From: Phoronis australis
Taxonomy: Eukaryota; Animalia; Phoronida
Length of the DNA: 64,000 bases
Direction: 5' to 3'
Assembly (NCBI GenBank): GCA_002633005.1
Contig: NMRA01000220.1
Span: forward strand, 91,335-155,334
This document shows positions 26,899 through 36,359 of the stretch, piece by piece. The notes under the pieces were generated by a model. It saw only the letters and a program-made list of their open reading frames with translations. It was not told the origin of the DNA and made no database searches. Position 1 is the stretch's first letter, and each line of letters starts with the position of its first letter. The translations under genes were made by a program, and so were the position numbers.

Positions 26899-28582
26899 AC
26901 AAGAGCAACGCGGAGTGTTGAAATGCGTCCAAGAATACATCGCACATGGTGTGCTTTTGGGGTTATTTATTTGTATCATAAAAATGGCCACTAGATGGTG
27001 CAAAAACGTACAATCCATCCAAAAACGGGAACATGCCATATTTTATAAAAATCTGTCAAGGAACTTCAGAGAAACAAAGGAAAACAGAACAAAATGAAAT
27101 TGTAACTTGTGGGCACAGCGTCCGTTCCATCCGCCTTCAAGTCGTCGTCTGTTATCTTCATATAAATTCACTTACTAAATTTAATAAAGATCCTGAAGTG
27201 GGTTTTGGAGATACAGCTATGGGCAAACAACAAAACAAAACTACCACTAGGAGGCGCCACAGAGGTCAGTCGCCATCATCAGTCCTCTTCACACTGAAAA
27301 CATATACGCCAATTTTCAAAACCATCCCTAGAATGATTTGGTTGATTGAGGGGTGGACGCCAAAAACAAGATTTGAAAACAGCAAAAAATGGCCACCAGG
27401 TGGCGCAAAATACCTCAATTCCATCCACAAACAAGATGATAGCGTCATCTCACCAATAGATGCCTATATTCAAAATTTCATGAAAATCTGTTGAGGACCT
27501 TTGAAGATGCAGACTGGTAAACGTAATAAACTAAAATTGCCACTAGGGGGCACACCACTAGTCAGATCCGTCCGAAAGCCGTCGTCATCTATTTTCAACA
27601 TCATATAAATTACACTTGCTAAATTAAGTAAAGATCCTGTAAACGGTTTAATAGACACAGCCATGAGCGCAAAAAAAACTGCCACTAGGAGGTGCCACAG
27701 TAGTCAAACGCGTCGGAAAATCGTCGTCAGCCGTCCACTTCATAGTAAAAACATACATGCAAATTTTCACACTTATCCTGAAAGCGGTTTGGTTGATAGA
27801 CGAGTGGAGCCAAAAAACAGACTCGAAAACAGTAAAAATGGCCACTACGTGGCGCAAACTAGGTCGAATTCATCTGAAAACGGAGAGATAGCGTCATCTC
27901 ATTAACAGATGCCTGTATGTCATATTTTATAAAAATACCTTGAGGACCTTTGAACATACAGACTGAGGTAAACGTAAAAAAAAATTGACACTAGGTGGCA
28001 CACCAGTAGTCAGATCAGTCTGAAAGTTGTCGTCCTCTGTTGTTAACATCATATAAATACACTTACTAACTTTAGTAAAGATCTTGCGAACAGTTTAGGG
28101 GATTCAGCCATAGGCGCAAAAAAAACTTCCACTAGGAGGCGCCACAGTAGTCGAAGTCGTCGGAAAATAATCGTCAGCCGTCCACTTCATAGTAAAAACA
28201 TACACACCAATTTTCACAACCATCCTTTGAGCGCTTTGGTTGATAGAGGGGTGCACGCAAAAAAACAGACTCGAAAACAGTATAAATGGCCACCATTTGA
28301 AAATGGGAGGATAGCGTCATCTCACTAATAGGTGCCCATATACCAAATTTATGAAAATCTGTTCAGGACTTTTGAACAAACAGAGGTAAACATAGAAAAC
28401 TAAAATTGCCACTAGTCGGATCCGTCCGAAAGTTCGCTCACGTCGTCCCATCCACAAAAGGAACACATGTGCAAAATTTCATGAACATACGTCAAGGCGT
28501 TTTGGAGATAGAGCAGTGGACGCCAGATGGACGGAGATGACTGCATAATGCGTCTACATATAAATATTTGGGCACATAAAAA
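26899..28582 (-). mobile_element. HINE family 1, longest copy (over 3 higher-order units)
   Basis: Same termini as the other copies. The unit period is ~449 bp (tggccac at 27390, 27839, 28287). Confidence 0.8.
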
Positions 28583-29182
28583 TGAAGGAGTTGCACATAG
28601 AAGACACTTTCCCTACAAGTATGCATGGAAATCAAGAATGGGTCATAATTCAAGGAAATACGGTCAAATTGCAAAATGTTCATGATATGCACTATGACAT
28701 TTCGTATGATGTTTTTGAAAGCTTTGTCGAAATTCGATGAAAAACATAGGAGTTGTGCATGTCTCCTCATTCATACGTGAAAATCAAACAGGCCATAATT
28801 CAGGAAAATACAATCATATCGTAAAATACTGATGATATGCACAAAAGATTCATGACGCATTCCCTGAACTCTGATCGAAATCCAATGAGAAACGTAAGAG
28901 GAATCGCACATAGAAGAAAGTTTCCATAAAGGCATACTTGGAAATCGAAAATGGGCTAAGAATCAAAAAAATAAAGGTCACATTACAATACACCTATGGC
29001 ATGAGCTATGACATTTCAAAGGTAGTTTTTGGAACGTTTGGTCGACATCAGAAAAGAAATGGAGGAGTTGACCACAGACCATTTGTTTGCATGAAAAGAT
29101 GGACAGAAACACAGACACATGGAATGACACCTACTTAATTAAGTACCATTTACTAGATACCTTCATTTTTGTAGGGGACACA
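28583..29182 (-). mobile_element. HINE-like family 2 fragment with a different ~150-170 bp internal repeat
   Basis: Repeated ggagttgcacatagaaga...ggaaatc..aatggg.cataattc...gatatgcac..gacatt units, then a ggacagaaacacagacac microsatellite-like patch and a degenerate terminal palindrome. Confidence 0.55.
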
Positions 29183-29199
29183 GAGGTAGCGGGAGCAGT

Positions 29200-29357
29200 C
29201 TGAAAACTCATGTCATCACATCTAGAATGGGAACTTCTCTGCAAAATTTCACGAACACCCGTTTGGGGATTTGGAGATACAGCAGTGGACTGCAGATGGA
29301 CCGAGATGATGGCATACTAGTAATGGGCCCGCATATATATGTATGGGCTCATAAAAA
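29200..29357 (-). mobile_element. HINE family 1, 5'-end fragment about 20 nt inside the SMPD3 intron
   Basis: Similar to 28435-28582 (gcaaaatttca.gaaca...tttggagata.agcagtggac...agatga) with terminal palindrome atgggcccgcatatatatgtatgggctcataaaaa. Confidence 0.7.
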
Positions 29358-29376
29358 TACAAAATGCAACTCAAAC

Positions 29377-30225
29377 CTTTAACATTAAAAGTCCTTTTGC
29401 AGCAAAAACATCTTCAAGAGCACAGTGTCCAAAACGTCTGAACTCCACATCCAACAGTTTGTATCGGCTGGCAAACAACAAGCCACTGTTCATGATGAAA
29501 TAATTACTTCTCCATGAGTACTTGCCAACGTCATAGACAATGTAAGGGTAGTACTTATGCAGAGTATTGACCAGGGTGTGGCCAGCTCTCTGATCAAACA
29601 CTTCTTGAACACAAAGGAAGTCAATGCCCGCTGGAAAGTTTGTGGATACGTTTGACTGAGATATTTCAGATTCAGCTGTGGATTTCACCGTGTCGTCTAT
29701 TTGAATATTGACAGTTGCTTGTGAGTTCGTAATCAAGTTAGTCTGCGAGGCTACTATGTGATGCCCTATAGTGCGTGCACGACTCTGAGTCTTCGACAAG
29801 TTGCTTAGCCGAGCAGTGGCCTCAGGAAGTAACAGAACATTGGTAGAGCAAACTGTCATGGAAGGAATATCCACTACATTGATGGTTTCCTTACAGTCAC
29901 GATACGTGCCAGTGCTGGGTGCTGGTTTGTAGGAATACCGGTATGGTTTGCGGAAATGGTTTACTGGAATCCAAAAAAACAGCCCTAGGATGGCAAACGG
30001 CGAAGAGACCAAGAAGACAGCCAGTAAGATTGGAATGGCAAAGGTCAGGATTACGTATCTTTGGTAGCACGGGTCTTCATCAGTGGCTGCCACTTCATCA
30101 CTAGTACGAATGAACAAGGACAGAAACACATTCAAAAGCCAAAAGCAGGGAAAAATTAGAGCCCATCCAAACGCATGGATAGCGCCTAAGCAGCAGTTTG
30201 AGAATTGTCTTTCATGCAGCACCAT
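29377..30225 (-). CDS. SMPD3: SMPD3-like (nSMase2) first coding exon; spliced CDS 1455 nt, 484 aa
   Basis: ATG at 30225 (caagATGg). MVLHERQFSNCCLGAIHAFGWALIFPCFWL parallels human nSMase2 MVLYTTPFPNSCLSALHCVSWALIFPCYWL as recalled. Two hydrophobic segments, NVLLLPE, DFLCVQEVFD, NSGLLFASRY, AAKGLL; donor AAG|gtttga. Confidence 0.96.
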
Positions 30226-30326
30226 CTTGAATCTCTCCCACTTCAAAAGGTTATTTTACAATAATAGTCTTTCTTGTTTACCGCGTAAAGAAAGCCACCA
30301 AGCTGTGAGCCTGAGGCAGTATAAGA

Positions 30327-30515
30327 TCATTCGATATGTCCAGCATCTTTGAGAGTGATCCTTTTAGATAAAAATATAGCAGCAATTATAGAGATGACAA
30401 TGACTAGAAAGGCAAAAATGTAAAATGTTTCCTCATCAAAAATGTCCGTAAAAGAGGGAATGTGCTTGGACATTTCCTGAACTATTTTCTTCGCGGGGTG
30501 CTTATCCGGCAACAT
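30327..30515 (-). CDS. 62-aa single-pass membrane microprotein upstream of SMPD3
   Basis: ATG 10 nt after acceptor attttacag|GTG (exon start 30525), context aagATGt. Sequence MLPDKHPAKKIVQEMSKHIPSFTDIFDEETFYIFAFLVIVISIIAAIFLSKRITLKDAGHIE*: acidic patch, ~20-aa hydrophobic helix, then KR. Confidence 0.75.
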   Translation of the reverse strand: MLPDKHPAKKIVQEMSKHIPSFTDIFDEETFYIFAFLVIVISIIAAIFLSKRITLKDAGHIE

Positions 30516-30959
30516 CTTAGTACACCTGTAAAATATCAAGAACTTTCATACAATTTACTACACTGGTTTAGAAACACTTGTAATGTCAATGTCAATACTG
30601 AGACTTAATTACAATGTTAAAAATTTCATTGAGACAGACCATCCTGAGTAGCCAGCACAGCTACACGGGATGCTCAAGATTCCCAAGTGCACCAAAATTC
30701 TGAAATCACGACAAAAAAGCATTGCACTAACTGATTAAGAGCACAAACCAAACTCATGATTATCAGACATTACAATCACACAGAATGAGCAGAGAATAGA
30801 CTATTTTAATCCGAGGGAAAAGTTCCCTGAATGGGGTGGCCGACCTCCACATAACCCGGCCGTTTGGTCTCAAGAACATTGACTGTACTAATAATTGCAT
30901 TCAGCGATCAATTTTGTTGCTGGAATGAATTAGGCCTATTTGAACGTAAACGTTGATGT

Positions 30960-31900
30960 TACAAGCAGTGTAAAAATGACCAGTTGTCTATTTGGGTAGC
31001 TGAACGAAGGACTGCTCAAAATAGTTTGATAATGGGAGTATATTTGTTCAAGTTGTAAGGAATTACAGATTTCAACAGCCAGTGAAGTTGTCCCTCCATG
31101 CGCAAAAGGTACTAATAGCAAAGTGATTTTGGTGGCTTAATCAATGTAAGGCATCATTTGCCGAAAAGCTTCTGGCATATGAAGGGCCTACGGGATGACC
31201 ACCGTATCTAATGCTAGTTGAGACAGAGGCACTATCTAGATTAGACAGAAACCACTGTCTCTAGCTGGCTCAATAGAGACGATGTAGCTGCTATAGGCAC
31301 CTCATACGCCTTTCGGCGAATTATGCCTCACACTGACTAAAACGTCAAAGTCACATTGTTATAAATTACCTTATGCGCATAGAGGGTCAACTTTACAGCT
31401 AGACTGTTGATGTCTTTAATTAATACCTTACAGTTTGAACAAAGACTCCCATCATTAAACTTTTTTGAGCAGTCCTTCATTCAGTTCCAAAATTTGGTAA
31501 CTGACAATTTTTAACACTGCATGGCAGGTGGTATGACATATACCCTGGCGTGCGCAGTGTAAAAATGGCCAGTTACCAATTTTGGGAACTGAACGAGGGG
31601 CTGCTTGAAGAAAAATTTAAATTTGATAAAGGGAGTATTTGTTAGGGTTAGAAGAAATTAAAGACGTTATCGACAGCCTCCTAAGCCAAGCCCAAGGGCA
31701 AAGTGTATTTATTAGGGTTAGTAGAAAGCCCAAGTAGGACAAGGTGTCCCTCTATCATGTGAATAACGTATTTATAACAACGTGACTTTGATGCTTTAAT
31801 TGGTGTGAGGCATAATTAGCCTAAAAACTTACAGCATATATGAAGTGCCTATGCCTATAGGAGATACACAGTCTCTATTGAGTCAGATAGAAACGGTGGA
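30960..31900. repeat. Three alternating-orientation copies of a ~250-330 bp unit
   Basis: ~30965-31190 and ~31555-31900 are direct homologues (cagtgtaaaaatg.ccagtt...ctgaacga.g..ctgct); ~31250-31520 is the inverted homologue. Confidence 0.7.
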
Positions 31901-31925
31901 CAATGTCTGTGTGTAGACTAGATCA

Positions 31926-31989
31926 TAGGCAATGACCATTGACTCTGTTGGCCCGAACCAGAGCCAACAGAGGCGATGGTCATTGCCTA
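31926..31989. mobile_element. 64-bp hairpin mini-MITE with a 9-bp TSD (Mutator-like)
   Basis: 27-bp arms (2 mismatches) and a 10-nt loop, flanked by the exact direct repeat ACTAGATCA at 31917-31925 and 31990-31998. Confidence 0.8.
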
Positions 31990-32101
31990 ACTAGATCATT
32001 GTGCCGTGGTTGACAACCCAAATCATGACCTTCTGGCTTCTGACGTTCTGTCCTGAAGACGAAAATCAATGATGACAAAAAAGAAGTTAAGGAACACTGA
32101 C

Positions 32102-32314
32102 CTTTCTTTTTACAATGTAACGGCTCTTCTCATAAGAAAACTTCAATCACGTATTATTCAACTAGGAAAAGTGCACTTTCAAAACACAGGTTCCAAACCC
32201 AACACCATTTATTTCTCACACCGTTTAAACTCAAAACAGATGACTTCAACACGGAAGTAGCTAGTGCCCCCTTGTGTTTGTGTTACATTTTGTCGCAAGA
32301 GAGCGCGCATCGTT
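32102..32314. promoter_or_regulatory. Putative bidirectional promoter for ZC3H3 and the microprotein-SMPD3 unit, including a candidate non-coding first exon on -
   Basis: ETS-type ACGGAAGT at 32251-32258, NRF1-like GAGCGCGCAT at 32301-32310, local CpG enrichment. Minus-strand donor GAAAG|gtcagt at 32102/32101; ZC3H3 ATG at 32315. Confidence 0.55.
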
Positions 32315-32369
32315 ATGGACGAAAACTCGGAAAATTTAAAGCTCAAACAAGAAATAGCATATTTAACAG
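32315..32369 (+). CDS. ZC3H3: ZC3H3 coding exon 1; spliced CDS 2601 nt, 866 aa
   Basis: MDENSENLKLKQEIAYLT(G), donor CAG|gtaatc. Joined to exon 2 it reads LKQEIAYLTGLIKAH, comparable to the human ZC3H3 N-terminus LRRQIRLLQGLIDDY as recalled. Confidence 0.85.
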
Positions 32370-33016
32370 GTAATCCGTCTACTATTTGTAACCTGTTTGG
32401 TGTGGCTATGTATTGCGTATATAGGGAAATCAGATGAATACAATTGTAGTTTTGTCCAAGCAACGAGGTTCCCAGTTTTGTTAAAAGTTCGACCTGTAAC
32501 CGTAGAGAGTCAGTGTAAAGAACAGTGCACACTCACTCTGTGTGGCTGAGGTCCTGAAGTGAGGTGACTGAGAGTGTGGCAGATGATATAATTTCATAGT
32601 ATTTTGTTCTTCCTCTTAAATTCTATGGTATTGCTGGAAAAACTTGTTTTATGTAGTTTTCTATGCTTGTTGCAGTCCAAACTGTAGACAGTGACCACAG
32701 TCTCTAGCTGGCCAGTACTGGCCAGTAGAGATGGTGAAGGTCCTATACTCACTGCTTCACTATCTCGACTGATGCATGTCCAGCTCATTAATTTTATCAA
32801 TGGAATATATTCTGAAATACTGGAAATGAAATTAATAAATTCTCATTTTTTTATTTTTAAGGTTTGAAACTTATGAAAACTTGTGCCAAGATGAGGCACC
32901 CATCAAGTTAATATTATGCGTCTTTTTTAGTTTGGTACAGTGTCAGATGCTACAAAAAGTAGACTACTGCCTGATCATTGATGCTCTATTTTTAAATGAC
33001 AATTATCCTGTTCAAG

Positions 33017-34417
33017 GTCTCATCAAGGCACATGGGTCTTCAGACAGAGATGCCGACAAACAACAGTATTTATGGCGCAAACCTCTCCTCCATAAGGGGG
33101 GGCATCGAGGAAGACATCTTCACAAGATGGTTGACTCCAAAAATACCACTTGGTCTCGATTCAAAAACACTTACTCCTCTGTGGAAAACAGCTCTCAGTT
33201 AGCAAAATCTGAAGTGGATAACAAGCAATGCGTGAGGACATCAACTGAAAGCTCCAAGGCCCAGTGTAGTGGCTCCCGACATGTTCTCTTGCCTAATAGC
33301 ACAGGAAAAGGGAAATTACCAGCTTACTCTGTACAAACTGGAACAAGAACCCAAAATAAAATACCTTCAAAGGAGCCTGGTTCTTCAAGGACTGTAATTT
33401 ATAAAAACGCTAACTGGTCGAAGTACAAGAAAATCAACTTAGTACAACCAGGAAGCAGTTGTGTTGGTATTATGACCAGCACACCTTTAAGAGGAGACCT
33501 TAAGAAGACAGGAGTTTCTACGACTATTGGTGACATATCTGCCAATGTTTCTAATATTTCTTCAATCAGTGTGTTGTCCTCGCCCGAGTCTGACAAGTTG
33601 ACTGTCTCGAGTCTGGGTAGTTCAGCAACATCTGATATCAATACTCAAGGTGTCTCAAGTGTAGTTAATCTGAATACAGCAACTGCAGTGTCGAGCTGTG
33701 GTAAGACGGTTAGTGACAAATCAAATGGGGAAGTTGTCAAAGAAGCTTTCAATAGTCCTTGTGCCAGGCAGTCACAGCTCCTGACTTCTAAACAGAAGAA
33801 CCGTTACAAGTATGTTAAAAGTTCGGCGTCATCCAGTGAAAGTCCGTCCAGTAGAAATACGATCAAGCCGTGGGTGGGTTCCAGTCCTGCACATGGCAAG
33901 AACAGATATAAATTTATTAGGAGCATTGGGAATGATAATTCCACAGTGGACAAAACTGTTAAAACCAGTGCCCCTTCCTCTAGTTCACAGCACCCTCTTC
34001 AGTTCAAAAGCAAATACAAACTGACTAGAAGCAGTTGTTCAGAAAATGTGAAAATGTTAAAGCCTCACATCACCTCTAAACTAAAGCATAAATGTCGGTA
34101 CAAACTTACCAGGAAGCCTAGTTTAGTGACAGGCACGTTGTCAAATCATTCACTTAATTCAAGCTCTGATTCAAAACTGCATCGTAAGACCAGGTACAGC
34201 ATTTCAAGGCAACAGAGTGGTGGGGATGTGTCTAACAATAAAAAGATAACATCGTCGATTGTCAACAAGTATAAAATTGTTCGTGAAAGACGGAATTGGA
34301 ATAAGTCCCACCTGAAGATTGGCAATTTCAAGCTGCTGAATACTTCTTTCGTGGATAAAAAAAAATCTTACCAGTCTAGTGAAACGGTGTGGAAAAGGGA
34401 AAATGCACCTAAAAGAA
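33017..34417 (+). CDS. ZC3H3: ZC3H3 exon 2 (long Ser/Lys-rich disordered region)
   Basis: cctgttcaag|GT...AGAA|gtgagt. A 1401-nt open frame lying inside ORF 32881-34446. Confidence 0.88.
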
Positions 34418-35184
34418 GTGAGTGCTGTTTGTTTATTTGCATCTGATCCCCTTTTTTCTCACCCAACAGAATTTTCTATCCTTAACTCTGAGGCCGATTC
34501 ATGGTTTTGATTTATATCTGGCAACATTTAAATGGACTGTAATCTTAATGGCATTGATAGGAAACAATGCACTTGTGCTAAATGGCGGAGTTCACAGGAA
34601 TGCAATGCATTTCTTTCAGTCAGGTAATTTTAAGATGGACATTTTTGTGTGAATATCTTAATGCATAACAGTGGCAATTTGACAGCATGATGGTAATGAA
34701 GAATTGGTAAAAAATTACTGCAAAATATCCCACTGCACTAAGTCCATACAAGAATGCAGAACATTGTCTTTCATCTACCCTAGCGTCATCTGGTGACAAG
34801 ACATATAGTCCGTCATGTCGCTGCTGTATAACATTGAAAAATGGCTATTTGGCCATTTGCTCCCCTGGAATGTATCTTTTTGTCTCTTAAGATACATTTG
34901 TCTAATGTTACAAAGAAGTGAAAAGGTAGTGACTGACTGATTAAGTGGCTATATTGGAAGTGTATGGTGGGGCATTCCGTCTGGCTATACTTACAAGATG
35001 GCTACGTCAAGAGAAGAAGTGACTTATGGTTTAACTGCTTACAGATTGTGCAGTCATTTCTACTTGACGATGTGTACATGTTTGGAAATTGGTAGTCATT
35101 CCTTTTAAGAATTTTAGGATTTTATCTGTGCTGAATGCCAGTGATTGCACTTCTCGCATGCTTACTCCACAATGTCATTTACAG

Positions 35185-35275
35185 TTGTTCACCGACCTGA
35201 AGGAAGTAGATTCAAGTTTGTGAAAGGTTCGCACAGTTCACCAAAGAAGATTACAGTCCTACCAAGCAGGTCCAA
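35185..35275 (+). CDS. ZC3H3: ZC3H3 exon 3
   Basis: tttacag|TT...CAA|gtaagt. Encodes IVHRPEGSRFKFVKGSHSSPKKITVLPSRS; phases 1/2 fit. Confidence 0.78.
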
Positions 35276-36097
35276 GTAAGTTGAGTGATGCCTCTTTTGG
35301 GGACCAACTTGGTTCCATGAAGTTCAAATTCGGACTTGTGGTTGGTCATAGAGATTTGATTTTTACATGTTTAAGCTGTCGAAATAGTGACGTTAGGCGT
35401 ACTGTTGCCTTGGTGTCCCATGATTTGTCAAGATCATGACATCGAGCAGAGCTCTTCTAACATAAGCGACTGGACATTGAAATAAGACTGTGACATCAGA
35501 TGGGGGCGGTCTCTAGATGATGATTGACCATGGAAATAAATTAGATATTTACGTAAAACTGAGCTCTTGTTACTTGTGATTAGTCAAAGATGTCAGTCAG
35601 AGCTCTTCTGGCTGGTGATTGGACACGGAATGTAGACAGTGACATCAGACAGAGCTACCTTTGCCATTGTCGTGTGACGGGACGTTCGTAACTTTACGCT
35701 TATTGTTATTCTTATTTAGTTGCAAATGTTCGGTTATTCTTATGGTAATGTCTTTGTTGCGTCTCAGTGCGCCTTTGTTACGTGGGCATGTGGGCGCGAC
35801 TGTATGTGTCGGGCACTTCGCAAATTGATCGTTATCATGTGAAATTGAACTGGAACGTATGCCTGATGAGAGGAAATACATATTTTTGATGTTCAGTGGA
35901 GACTTGCTCTGTTACAGTCGCAAATGCTGATGACCTGGAAGGAAGTTGGTCTTTGGAAAGTTATTTGAATTGAATATTTGAATTGAATGATTGTCTGTTA
36001 AGTCTGTTAAGTCTGTTAACTTTTTTGTCAGCTTTTGTGCTAAGAAGGTGTAATGTTAGAGTTGCATGGCTATGTGATCCTGTTTTGCACGTTTCAG

Positions 36098-36273
36098 ACT
36101 GAAATTGGATCGTAGATGGAAGTCCGGAAATAAATCAAAATATTTGCTCACGAAATCTCGAAAGCCAAGTGTTTCATCGAGTCGTCTGATCATGATCAAT
36201 GGTGTTGTGTACAGTAGCAGTAAATCTACATTAAAGAGGACTACACACAGGAGGGAGCCTGTAGTCTTGAAAA
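36098..36273 (+). CDS. ZC3H3: ZC3H3 exon 4
   Basis: gtttcag|A...AAAA|gtaaga. Encodes KLKLDRRWK...LIMINGVVYSSSKSTLKRT (IxGVxY motif). Confidence 0.82.
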
Positions 36274-36285
36274 GTAAGAAAAATC

Positions 36286-36359
36286 GGGGCCAGTGGAGAG
36301 GGGTCTCACAATATGAGGGCCAGTGGAGAGGGGGGCTCACAATATGGGGGCCGGTGAAG
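36286..36359 (+). repeat. 30-bp minisatellite running into an assembly gap
   Basis: gggccagtggagagggg.ctcacaatatg repeated more than twice before the N-run at 36360-36447. Confidence 0.8.

Noticed and set aside
16400-27905. Recurrent ORFs with PPSG/PLGG motifs (16400, 16404, 23906, 24113, 24156, 27033, 27266, 27470, 27648, 27663)
   Set aside because: These are translations of the HINE tandem repeat on both strands, with frames not conserved between copies.
23848-28582. Regularly spaced short motifs reminiscent of a CRISPR array
   Set aside because: The spacers are homologous to one another (a tandem repeat), the context is eukaryotic introns, and there are no cas genes.
30226-30246. N-terminal extension MKWERFK of the SMPD3 ORF (and MIFYRCTK of the microprotein) in the ORF track
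   Set aside because: Both use non-ATG starts from the ORF caller. The true ATGs are 30225 and 30515, and the microprotein extension crosses the splice acceptor.
32881-33016. First 45 codons of the 521-aa ORF, resembling a signal peptide
   Set aside because: TTG start and intronic. The spliced exon 32315-32369 supplies the ZC3H3-like N-terminus.
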